Source: Candidatus Krumholzibacteriia bacterium
Lineage (GTDB): Bacteria; Krumholzibacteriota; Krumholzibacteriia; Krumholzibacteriales; Krumholzibacteriaceae
Reading direction: 5' to 3'
Assembly: GCA_963836185.1 (NCBI GenBank)
Contig: CAWIIQ010000001.1
Coordinates: 2,208,001 to 2,272,000, forward strand
DNA length: 64,000 nt
Every line of letters starts with the position of its first letter. Within the stretch, counting starts at the first letter, position 1. A program made the position numbers and the translations under genes. The notes under the pieces are model-generated. The model ran no database searches and was not told the origin of the DNA. It was given only the letters and a program-made list of their open reading frames with translations. Of the stretch, positions 9,164 through 18,842 are shown in pieces.

Positions 9164-9462
9164 ATCCTGTCCCTTTCCAGTGGGTTGACGGTTACCCGTT
9201 TCTTTGTGAATTTTTCTGATAATAACCGGGTTTCCCCGGACGGGAAAAACCCGAAAAAAGACTACAATGGCCCTATACCGCCCGTCAAGTGCTTTTTTGT
9301 TATCTCTTATAAATTAATGTTTATTTGTATCCGGCGCAAGATATTACCGCCATCTCCCGCAGGGAATCTCCCGAAGGGTTTCACGGTATCCACATGCACC
9401 ACGGCTCGGATACCACATGACCCTCCAAGCATATAATCTTCTAACAATAACATTCCAAACGA

Positions 9463-9490
9463 CATTCGGCGGCCCGAAGGCCGCCGAATG
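9463..9490 (-). terminator. Hairpin downstream of tRNA operon
   Basis: Perfect 12-bp stem cattcggcggcc/ggccgccgaatg with a C(UUCG)G loop on the minus strand; weak U tract. Confidence 0.65.
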
Positions 9491-9497
9491 CGATTAA

Positions 9498-9571
9498 TAC
9501 GCCCAGGAGGATTCGAACCCCCAACCTCCTGGTCCGTAGCCAAGCGCTCTATCCAATTGAGCTATGGGCGC
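9498..9571 (-). tRNA. tRNA-Arg (anticodon ACG), CCA not encoded
   Basis: GCGCCCATAGCTCAATTGGATAGAGC...CTACGGA...GGTTCGAATCC...TGGGCGTA. Confidence 0.95.
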
Positions 9572-9598
9572 ATATTCTGTCGAAACTATCTCAAATAG

Positions 9599-9690
<92 letters not shown>

Positions 9691-9709
9691 GCTTGACTTC
9701 ATCTTTTCA

Positions 9710-9796
9710 TGGCGGAGGGCGAGGGACTCGAACCCCCAAGGGCTTACGCCCGGCGGATTTCAAATCCGCTGCCTTACCAATTAGGACTAGCCCTCC
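9710..9796 (-). tRNA. tRNA-Ser (anticodon TGA)
   Basis: GGAGGGCTAGTCCTAATTGGTAAGGC-A-GCGGA-TTTGAAA-TCCGC...GGTTCGAGTCC...CGCCA. Confidence 0.94.
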
Positions 9797-9836
9797 AAAA
9801 AAAACCGCTTCCGCAGACCCGCGGAAGGTACCGGTT

Positions 9837-9865
9837 AGTATAAGAAGTGCCCGTCAGGCTGTCAA
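9837..9865 (-). promoter_or_regulatory. sigma70 promoter of tRNA operon
   Basis: TTGACA-17 bp-TATACT, about 40 bp upstream of tRNA-Ser(TGA). Confidence 0.85.
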
Positions 9866-9888
9866 GAGCAGACAGGCATCAGGCAGTT

Positions 9889-10890
9889 TCAATGCTCCGA
9901 CCGGGACGCAGGGTCCTCCATCTCCCACTCTTCGACCCTCTTTCTGCTTCTGTTTCTCTTGATCAGGTATGCAAGCATGAAAAGGAGCGATAGTGTAAGA
10001 CCATAAGGAGAGATATTGAGGAACAGCGCCGTCTTCCGATACCTGTTTCTCATGGCCGCTTCGAACCTGCCTGAAAACTCACTGGCCGTTTCCCCGAAAG
10101 TCAGCGTGAAAGCCTTCTCGAAATCTCCGCTGTCCCTGAGAAAAGCGGTAAACGTTACCAGGTCCCTCTCTTCTCCCCCGATCAGTTCGTCGACCGCGGC
10201 GTAGCTGATCCGGTAGGCCATGGCCGCCTTCCCCGCGTTCTTCGGGAACCTGCCCCTTATGTCCTCGAGGCGCGGCGCGTCATCCCTCGCCACGGACAGT
10301 GCGAGGCGCCACTGATCGCCCATAGTCCACTCCCTCGACTGCCGCATCGCTACCCCCTCGACAAACCAGGAGGGGCAGCGTGCTCCCGCCGTCCGCTGCG
10401 CCAGGAATACATGTGAAAGCTCATGCAGGATGACAGTCCTGACCGGCCGGTTCGACATCAGGATCCGGGAAGCGTCGATGCCGATGATCATTCTGCGCGA
10501 ATCCCCGAACGCCTCACCCCACTCCGGAAGGCGGCCGCCGTGCAGCAGCCTGAATGACGGTGTATCAGGAGCTATGATGAAGGCTATAGGGGCGACTTCC
10601 TCGAGCCCGATGCCGGCTGCTACATCGCCCGCCGACCTGCATACTATCTTCTCTATCTCGCCGGCAAGCTTCTCCCCACCGTCCGCGAAGCAGATGACAT
10701 ATGTTCCGCACGTTGCGGATCTCTCGTAATACCCTTCGAGACCGTCGACGAATCTTCTGTCGTACGCTTCGGCCGGTTGGGCCGGAAGAAGGATCGAAAG
10801 CAGAACGGAAAGGATCAGAAGCACTGCGCAGCCGCGGCTTGAATATTCACGGCCGAAGTATTCTGAAAGAGATCCAGTCGGATTGGTCAA
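9889..10890 (-). CDS. Peptidase MA-family (gluzincin-like) metallohydrolase with C-terminal membrane anchor
   Basis: Signal peptide, HELSH and PSWFVEGVA motifs, C-terminal TM helix. Confidence 0.8.
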   Translation of the reverse strand: MTNPTGSLSEYFGREYSSRGCAVLLILSVLLSILLPAQPAEAYDRRFVDGLEGYYERSATCGTYVICFADGGEKLAGEIEKIVCRSAGDVAAGIGLEEVAPIAFIIAPDTPSFRLLHGGRLPEWGEAFGDSRRMIIGIDASRILMSNRPVRTVILHELSHVFLAQRTAGARCPSWFVEGVAMRQSREWTMGDQWRLALSVARDDAPRLEDIRGRFPKNAGKAAMAYRISYAAVDELIGGEERDLVTFTAFLRDSGDFEKAFTLTFGETASEFSGRFEAAMRNRYRKTALFLNISPYGLTLSLLFMLAYLIKRNRSRKRVEEWEMEDPASRSEH

Positions 10891-10894
10891 GAGA

Positions 10895-12077
10895 TCAGCT
10901 CTCTCCCTTTATGGGGGACAGCTCGCGAAGCCTTTTGACTACTTCGGGGAAGGTATCCAGGAATGCGTCGACATCCTCGTCTGTATTGCAGATGCCAAGG
11001 CTGATCCTGAGCGCGCCCTGCGCCTCGACGGGATCAAGGCCCATCGCCTTGAGGACATGGCTCGGTTCGGGGTCCCCGGTCGCGCAGGCGCTGCCGCTCG
11101 AAAGGGCAAAGCCGAGCATGCTGAGATTGAGTGACATCGCCTCGCCTTCTATGCCTGGAACTGTGACGTTACATGTATTCGGAACCCGCGGAGCTCCATC
11201 GCCGTTTATATGCACATTGGGCACTTTCTCGAGTATTCCCTCCTGGAGCCTGTCGCGCAGGGCGCATAACCTCGCCATCTCCTCCTCGAGATTCTCCTCG
11301 GAGAGCCTGCACGCCTCGCCGAATCCTACGATTGCGGGGATATTCTCCGTGCCGGGCCTGAGGCCTTCTTCCTGGTGGCCGCCAGTGTATACCGGCTCCA
11401 GCGGCGTGCCGCGCCTGACGTACAGTGCCCCTACACCCTTCGGCCCATAGAACTTGTGGGCCGAAATCGAGAGCAGATCGACTATGGGATCGCCAACATC
11501 GACCGGTATCTTCCCCATGCCCTGGACGGCATCAACGTGAAGGATGATCCCACGTTCCTTTACGATCCTCGATATCTCCTGCAGCGGCTGGATGACGCCG
11601 GTCTCGTTATTCGATGACCATTATACTGGCCAGGATGGTGCGGTCGGTCACGGCCGCTTCGAGATCAGCGGCATCGACGGAACCGTCCCTCCTGCAAGGA
11701 AGGTAAGTGACGGTCACGCCTTCTTTTTCCAGAGCTTCACATGTCCTCAGGACCGCCGGGTGCTCTATCGCGGATGTGATGAGGTGCGGCTCGGGGACCT
11801 TTTCTCGAAGCGCCTTTACGACTCCCCTTATCGCCATGTTGTCCGACTCGGTACCGCCCGATGTAAATATGACCTCGGAAGGTTCAGCTCCTATGAAGGA
11901 GGCGACGTGACCACGGGCCTCATCGATGACGCCGCGGTTCTCCTGCCCGAAAAAATGCAGGCTGCTCGCATTGCCGAATCTCGTATGCAGGAAAGGAAGC
12001 ATCGCCTCGATTACTTCCTCCCGCATATAGGTGGTGGCGTTATGGTCGAAATAGACCCTGCGCTTCGAATCGTTCAT
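10895..12077 (-). CDS. iscS: Cysteine desulfurase IscS/NifS (frameshift near 11618)
   Basis: YFDHNATT, FTSGGTESDN, IEHPAV; after a +1 indel NNETG, HVDAVQ, SAHKFYGPKG, SSGSAC. Confidence 0.9.
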
Positions 12078-12172
12078 ATCTTGATTATCCCTGGTGGCAA
12101 TGATAGTCCCCAACGCCGGTACTGGCACTGGCACTCTGCTGCAGATATCATCCTGTGGCCGGCGACGCAGTG

Positions 12173-12613
12173 TCAGTCGGCCTTTTCCATGTCGAACAGC
12201 CCTTGTATATCAGACAGGTTATACGACGAAAGGACGTTCGATATATCACCCTCGAGTTTCTTCAGCATCGGCACTACTGTGCAGTCTTCGAATTTATCAC
12301 AGGGATTCTCATTTTCTCCCTCGCAATCCCCGTTGAGACAACTCGCGACGTAGAATGGCCCTTCCAGAGCCTCTACGACATCGCCGATCTTGATCTCCTC
12401 GGGAGGCCTCTTCAGCCGGAATCCGCCTCCCGGCCCTCTCACCCCTACGATGATCTCATGTCTACGAAGGTGGGCGAGAAGCTGCTCGAGAAAGCTGGAA
12501 GAGATATCCTCCTTTTCCGATATCTCCTTCGCCGATACGGGCTGTCCTCCGTACCTCTCGGACATGACAGCCAGAGCCCTCAGACCATACCTGAACATAG
12601 CGGTAAATCGCAT
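12173..12613 (-). CDS. Rrf2-family transcriptional regulator (IscR-like)
   Basis: RYGLRAL, LEQLL...VRGPGGGFRL, Cys-rich C-terminal segment; directly upstream of iscS. Confidence 0.88.
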   Translation of the reverse strand: MRFTAMFRYGLRALAVMSERYGGQPVSAKEISEKEDISSSFLEQLLAHLRRHEIIVGVRGPGGGFRLKRPPEEIKIGDVVEALEGPFYVASCLNGDCEGENENPCDKFEDCTVVPMLKKLEGDISNVLSSYNLSDIQGLFDMEKAD

Positions 12614-12765
12614 TCTTCGTCCTTCATGTTACGGTCCAGTCATCGCTCGCAGCCATATATATATACCTGAAAGTGGGTTCTCAGGTCAAGTGCCTGACCG
12701 CATCCGAAGGACAAAAATATTATATAGGTCAATACCCCTATCCATGCATGTCTGATCTTCATCAG

Positions 12766-13392
12766 CTATTCAACGAACTTTATCTCTTCTATCTTGGCTC
12801 CCTTCTCGACTTTCATCACTACATCCATCCCCTCGACCACGCACGCAAAGATCGTGTACTCGCCGTTGAGTGCATTCTTGCACTCCTTGAGGATGTAGAA
12901 CTGAGTGGATCCAGAGTCATAATCGTCAGGATAGCGGGCCATGCCTACCATCCCCTTGTCGTGTTTGAGGCTCTGGAAGAACATCTCGCCCTCGATCGGC
13001 TCGAGATCTGTATCCTTCTTGCCTGTCTGGATCAACCACGACTCCACCCTGTGGAACTTGAGCCCGTTGTAGAAGCCGTCATTCACCAGCAGGGTGAACC
13101 GCTCCACGGTAAGAGGCGCCTCCTTCGGCATGAGTTCAATCACGATCTCGCCCCCTTTGTCGAGGACGATCACGACCCTCTGACCCGCGGGCGCCTCCGG
13201 ACCCTCTTCTTCATCATTAGCGGCCGCTGGCGCGTCAGCCTGCGGCGCTTCCTGCTGCGGTGGAACTGATTCGGTAAGTACGGCATTGGTATCGGCGGCA
13301 GTAACGGGAACCGTAGCGGCAAACATCAGAACGATGAGCGCTGCCAACGGTACTCCCGGACGGCGCCTGCGCGTCTTCCCGGAAGAGACCAT
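12766..13392 (-). CDS. Exported cyclophilin-type peptidyl-prolyl isomerase
   Basis: GGAGGTG RBS; signal peptide; APLTV...GFYNGLKFHRV...GMAR...SGSTQFYI...YTIFA. Confidence 0.87.
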   Translation of the reverse strand: MVSSGKTRRRRPGVPLAALIVLMFAATVPVTAADTNAVLTESVPPQQEAPQADAPAAANDEEEGPEAPAGQRVVIVLDKGGEIVIELMPKEAPLTVERFTLLVNDGFYNGLKFHRVESWLIQTGKKDTDLEPIEGEMFFQSLKHDKGMVGMARYPDDYDSGSTQFYILKECKNALNGEYTIFACVVEGMDVVMKVEKGAKIEEIKFVE

Positions 13393-13486
13393 CGATCTCA
13401 CCTCCGTCCAGTAAAAGACGGAGCCTCCCCACTCTTTGGGGAGGCTCCGGAAATGAGCACTGGTCATATAAGGATCAGGAATGGGT

Positions 13487-14657
13487 CTATTCGTACTGTT
13501 CCTGCTCCTTCTTGGCCTCCCGTATCTTGATCAGTTTCTGCTGACGGTCGACCTGCTTGGCCGCAGGGCCGGACCATAGAGGATCACCCATACCGGCGAC
13601 CTTTTCAAACTTGGCGATCGCGCCTTCATAATCGTTCATCTTGGAAAGCGCCTCGCCCCACTGATAGTTGAGGAAAGCGAGCTCACCGCCGTTGAGGGCG
13701 ACACCGGCCTTCGCCGCGTCAGCCGCCTTCTGGTACATCTTGTTCTCATTGTAGATCTTCGCAATGATCGCGTATGTAAAGGCGTCTCCGCCACTGAGCT
13801 CGATCGCTTTCTCCAGCTCGGCCGGCGCCTCGGCTTTCCTGTCGGTCTGCGAAAGCGCGAATCCAAGCCTCTGATGATAGTTGGCGTCATCGGGAAATTC
13901 CGTCACGAGCGACTCATAGAGAGGAATAGCATTCTCATAATCCTTCTCGTTGAAGTACGCCTTCGCCAGCTGCTTCTTGAACTGATGGTTCTCCGGCGCC
14001 GCCTCTATGGCCATGTGGAGATACTCGTATTTCTTTTCCTTGTTGCCGAGAGTTCCGTACAGGGAAGCGAGCGTACCCATCGTCGTCGCGTCCCCTGGAT
14101 TCGTCTTCAGCGCCCGCTCGTAGTAGGTGATCGCCCCGCGTGTATCGTCGCGCCTCTGCGCGATGAAGGCGAGGTTGACATTGCCGTTGTAGTTGAGCGT
14201 GTCTTCCTCGACAAGCATCAGGTAGTAGATCTCGGCGTTGTCGAAATCATCGAGGTTGAGATAGTTGTATCCTATCGAGGCGATCAGCGCCTCGTTGTCG
14301 GGAGACAGCTCGAGAGCTTTCTGGTAGGCGGCTATCCCTTTCTCGTAATCTTTCCTGTCGGTGTATGCCCTGCCCAGGTCGGACCACGCCGCGAGATATG
14401 TCGGCTTGATGGAGACCGCTTTTTCCAGGTTCGCGATCGCTTCGGTGTAGTTGCCGGCCGACATGAACTGTTTTGCCGACTGGTAGGCGATCTCCGCCGG
14501 GCCCGAGGTTTCGCTCGAATCCCTGTGAATCGGTCGAGGAGTCGCCCGTGTTCGCGGCAGGATCGGTCTCGACGGAGCTGTCCTCCGCTCGATCCCGCCG
14601 CACCCCGCGAACAAGGCGATCAGCCAGAAGGTCAGTACAGATCAAGGTTCTTATCAC
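13487..14657 (-). CDS. TPR-repeat lipoprotein (apparent indels in the 5' end)
   Basis: Multiple TPR units; the signal peptide MIRTLIC.../LTFWLIALFAGC is split across frames near 14637. Confidence 0.78.
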
Positions 14658-14726
14658 GATCCCATCCTTTCACACACATGGGTATTCATCTGGATTTCCA
14701 CTCATAATAACCCTTTACCCTGTTTA

Positions 14727-14755
14727 AATCTAGAAAAAGCTTCCTGAACTGTCAA
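14727..14755 (-). promoter_or_regulatory. Putative sigma70 promoter
   Basis: TTGACA-17 bp-TAGATT upstream of the TPR lipoprotein. Confidence 0.6.
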
Positions 14756-14768
14756 GATGAAGATTGAA

Positions 14769-15480
14769 TCAATGTTCGGGGTGCCAGTCGCCGTCCGGAG
14801 AAGGAGATTCGAGCGCTTTCTGCAGCATTACTATGTTGTCCCGGGCCTTGGCGGCGAGAAAACCCTCCGGTTCGAGCTCCATGACCGTCTCCCATTCCCT
14901 CATGGCCTCCCTGAATATCCTCGCCTCCCAGAAGAATACCGCGAGATAGAAATGCGGCTGAGGATGGCCGGGATCGAGCTCGAAGGGCCGCGTCAAGGTG
15001 GTTCCATGCCTCCCTGTGATCCCCGTTCTGGTGGAGGAGAAAGGCGAGGTGAGAATGGGCGAGGACATCTTCCGGATTAAGAGTAGCCGCCATGGCGAAA
15101 CTCTGGATCGCACGGGCATAGTCGCCCTCATCATCGAAGATGACTCCCTTGTTCACATGAGATTTGAAATCATCGGGGGCTATCGCGATCGTCCTGTCAT
15201 AATAATACAGGGCTGAATCGGTCAGGCCGAGCTCGTGAAAGGCGACAGCGGTCTGGAACATCACATCGGCATCTACGCGCCCCTGTCGGGCCAGGTGACG
15301 CAGATAGGCAAGCCTCGGCTCGGGCCCCAGCCCTTCAAGCTGCTGGGAAAGCGGCATCTCGCCGGCCTCTCCGGAAGACTGACCCGCGGAGATACCCGGC
15401 GTCACACCGATCGCCGCTGACATGATCATGATCGTGAATACTGCCGATCTCATCTTGTCCCTGTCTGTCCTACGCATCAA
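14769..15480 (-). CDS. Exported TPR protein (frameshift near 14983)
   Basis: TPR units continue from ...HLDAAL into ELDPGHPQPHFYLA in another frame. Confidence 0.75.
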
Positions 15481-16683
15481 TGCCTCTCGTCTTGCGCTTT
15501 GACCAGGGCTCGGACAGGCTGAAACTCAGCCCGAACCGGAAGATGTTCTCCTCGACGAAGTTCTCCTCCTTCGATCCCGTCCGTCCGAACTCCAGGGTAA
15601 AGTCGATCGCTCCGTGCGAATCGCCCAGCGGTATTGCCGACCCCGCGGTCAGGAACATCGAGTTGACTTCCTGTCCCGCCGGGAACTGCAGATGCCAGGT
15701 GTCCGTATAGAATCCCAGCCTGATCGGAATCTGGTTGAGGACGTTCCCTTCCAGTGCCCGCTCTTCGCTCGATGCCGATCCCGATATGCGTCTCGTCCCC
15801 CACATTCCCCTCGAGCTGGGAATAACCGACCGGGGCCGCCGCCGACCTCGTCCAGTACGATGACGGAAAGCCACCACCGTCCGAAGGGTTGAAGCGAGAG
15901 CCCGACATCCCAGGCGAGGGGCAGCTTATAATCGTATGTAAGATTGGTGTCGCGCTCGGAAACAGTATTTTCGATCGACTCTTCCACCCGGTAGTCGACC
16001 GCTCCGTCGACATTGCCCCCCAGCCACAGGCGGGGGTGCGCCTCCCATAGCAGGGCGGCTCCCCATGACAGGCCGGTGTAGCTCCTCGTGCGTTTCGAAT
16101 CGACATTCTTGTAGTTCAGGTCGTCAAACCAGACATTGACCTTATCGATGATCGAACCGAGATTGAACTGCGCTTCGCCCGCGACGCGGAGGGAACTGAA
16201 AGGCTTCCAGGCTACGATCACGGGGATCATGTACATGTTGCTGTCGAGCTTGTAGTTCTGGTACCCGGTCGGCGCCCCTTCGATGTCGATCTGGTAGGCG
16301 AAATCCGCCCTCCCATAATATCTGGTCCTGTATCCCGAAGTAAGGACCAGCCCCTCTCTGAACGGGAATGAGGCGGTGAAAGTCGGAACCGTGTATCTCG
16401 TCTGTTTTGAGGTATATTCGAGATAGTAGACCCTGCTCGCGCTGAGTACCTGCTGTACGGTCAGGGTGACCATCCGCAGATCCGCGGTCGAGGCGGGATT
16501 GGCGGTCACCGAGTTGCTCGTATCCTGTACGGCGATCGCGGAGTAGCCGAGGGCCTCGTGCCTCGAGCTCCCTAGATGAACGGCTTCGCCGATATAGTTC
16601 ATGCCGTATATCGACTGCGCCCTCGCGCCGCATGGAAGAAGAAGGGTGAGAAGGGCGGCCGCGTATAATACGACTGTCCTCAT
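15470..16683 (-). pseudogene. FadL/OmpP1-like outer-membrane beta-barrel, split over three frames (probably sequencing indels)
   Basis: Signal peptide, ANPAS motif, amphipathic strands; continues in ORFs 15477..16106 and 15470..15877, ending FRFGLSFSLSEPWSKRK. Confidence 0.7.
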
Positions 16684-17888
16684 TTCTTCCCCCCGAAATC
16701 GGTCGGCATGGTGTAGATGACTTCAAGGTACGGCCTCAGGGAGTCACCCGATGCCGAGTCATAGATCGCCAGGATCTGGATCCTCGAGGCCTCTAGGTCG
16801 GACTGCAGAACAAGGCCGTGATTTACTCTCGTTCCGTCAAGGATGTCGATCGTATACTGCCCAAGGGGTATCTTGATCTTCGCGTCGATATTGACAGGGA
16901 TCACGTTCGATGAGACACCTGTACCCTTCAGGATCGCGGGATCGTCCGGATCTGATGAGTCAGGCGTGTAGAGGTAATATGAAAAATCGGTAGTCGCCCC
17001 GAGAAGCTGTTCACCGTATGTAGCCCCGAGTCCCGATGATCCCTCGGTGTGAAAGACAAGGGACGAGTAGTGAAGAGACGCCAGCTCCGGGACCCCGGCC
17101 AGATCGAATTCAAAGAATAATCTGCGCGCGGTCCCCCCCGCCGCGGCCAGGGCCGTGATCTGGTCAGAGGTGACCGCGTAGTCCGAGATATCGGGAAGCC
17201 TCACTACTTCGCCTCCCTCGAATATCACCTTTATAAGGGGAGGGTTGGATCCATAGTTTCGCGAATACATCTCGATAAGGCCGAGCGTGTCGGGTTGATA
17301 GGCCCAGTTGATCGAGATCCCGTTCGCCCAGGGGTCCAAGGTCCCGTCGATCCATCCCTGAACGATCGTCTTGTCGATACTGAACTCTGTTCTCTCGAAA
17401 CTGATATCCCTTACAGTCTCTCCGTGAGCCCCGGGAATCGGATCGGGATCGTATGCCGGGGGCGAAGTGATCGTATCTTCCTCGGCAAATCCTTCCAGAA
17501 GTTCGTTGAAGGTCACTCCTAGATGAAACAGTGTGTCCTGAACGATGATCACAGGCAGGTCGAGGATCACCGAATCGACAGTCATCCCCTCAAAGTTGAC
17601 GAGGGAATCGTAACTGAACTGCATCAGCAGGGTCGTAAAGACCACACCCTGCGTCTCGCCGAGCTTCAGGGTCGAGCTCGCTCCCAGACCCATCGGGATC
17701 TCGATCATCGATACGCTGCGCAGCGTATCGATGTATCTCTCCGTATCCCCTGCCAGGGGGGAGTACCAGCCCGATTCGTGGAACGGCCTGGTGACCGGCC
17801 CCTCGGCATCGGTACCACAGCCGGCCGTCAATCCAAGGACACCGAAAGCGGCGACAATAACGTATGCAATATATATTCGTTTCATCAC
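16680..17888 (-). CDS. Hypothetical lipoprotein (DUF4270-like)
   Basis: Lipobox LTAGC; beta-rich; C-terminal RPYLEVIY; stop overlaps the start of the barrel gene. Confidence 0.72.
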   Translation of the reverse strand: MMKRIYIAYVIVAAFGVLGLTAGCGTDAEGPVTRPFHESGWYSPLAGDTERYIDTLRSVSMIEIPMGLGASSTLKLGETQGVVFTTLLMQFSYDSLVNFEGMTVDSVILDLPVIIVQDTLFHLGVTFNELLEGFAEEDTITSPPAYDPDPIPGAHGETVRDISFERTEFSIDKTIVQGWIDGTLDPWANGISINWAYQPDTLGLIEMYSRNYGSNPPLIKVIFEGGEVVRLPDISDYAVTSDQITALAAAGGTARRLFFEFDLAGVPELASLHYSSLVFHTEGSSGLGATYGEQLLGATTDFSYYLYTPDSSDPDDPAILKGTGVSSNVIPVNIDAKIKIPLGQYTIDILDGTRVNHGLVLQSDLEASRIQILAIYDSASGDSLRPYLEVIYTMPTDFGGKK

Positions 17889-17993
17889 TTTTCCGTTCGG
17901 CCCCGCACCGCGGGGCGCCTGTGGAAGTTACATCAGCGGGTATGCCCCGTCAAGGCGGAATGCCCCGGCACGGCGTCGGCCACCGCCTTTAGA

Positions 17994-18821
17994 TCATCCC
18001 TTTTTACGCAGAACCGCTGTTACCGTTCCGGTAAAGAGTTCGCCGAGGCGGGGAATAGACGTCAGTGGACCGAGGACCCTGAATCGAGGCGGCTTGAGCT
18101 CTTCGAATACTGTCTCCAGCGAAGGAACGCCCTCAAGGATGCTCCGGTAGGACGCTACATCGATCCTGTTGTTCCCTGCCCGGTATTCAGCCATCATCCT
18201 CGCCGCATCTCCCGCCGGGTCACTGTTCCCCAGCCGCTGAAGAGAGAGTTCGAGGAGCTGTTCGAGCATCCTCTCGCTGTAAATAAGATGGCACCAGGGT
18301 GTATGGATATGGTCGTACAGATGGGATGCCAGGGGAGAGCCCCACGGGGTAAAGAAGAGAAAGACCAAGCCTCCGGCCCGGGTCACCCTTGCGAATTCCG
18401 CGAGGGCAGGCGCCGGCCTCGAGAAATGTTCCATCGAATCGTTCGCGATGACCAGGTCGAAAGAGCCTTCGAGAAAGGGAAGGTCGGCCGCGTCGCCAGT
18501 AACGACTTCTATCGGGCTGCCTCTCTTTATAGCGTAGCCCAGCGCGCCGGCAGCATGCACGGGATCGAGATCCACACCCGTCACCCCGGCACCGGCCTCG
18601 GCATAAGCGACCGATTTTCCGCCGAGGCCGCACCCGATATCGAGCACCCTCTTCCCCTCGAGGGCGCCGAACCATTCCGAATATTCTTCGAGAAGGGATT
18701 TCCCGATTCCGTATTCCCACTCGGAGTAGGCCTCGTGAGAATCCCTGCCGCCGACCCTCGGCCCGGGAAGGATCCGGTCGACGGCATATATCATCCTCGC
18801 TGCTGGTCCGGCCACTTTCAC
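17994..18821 (-). CDS. Class I SAM-dependent methyltransferase
   Basis: VLDIGCGLGG, GVDLD, GDAADLPF...SFDLV. Confidence 0.88.
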   Translation of the reverse strand: MKVAGPAARMIYAVDRILPGPRVGGRDSHEAYSEWEYGIGKSLLEEYSEWFGALEGKRVLDIGCGLGGKSVAYAEAGAGVTGVDLDPVHAAGALGYAIKRGSPIEVVTGDAADLPFLEGSFDLVIANDSMEHFSRPAPALAEFARVTRAGGLVFLFFTPWGSPLASHLYDHIHTPWCHLIYSERMLEQLLELSLQRLGNSDPAGDAARMMAEYRAGNNRIDVASYRSILEGVPSLETVFEELKPPRFRVLGPLTSIPRLGELFTGTVTAVLRKKG

Positions 18822-18842
18822 ATCCCTCTTGTCGTCCCGGCC

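Noticed and set aside
9204-9222. Rex operator upstream of the oxidoreductase operon
   Set aside because: Only the TTGTGAA half matches; the second half is poor
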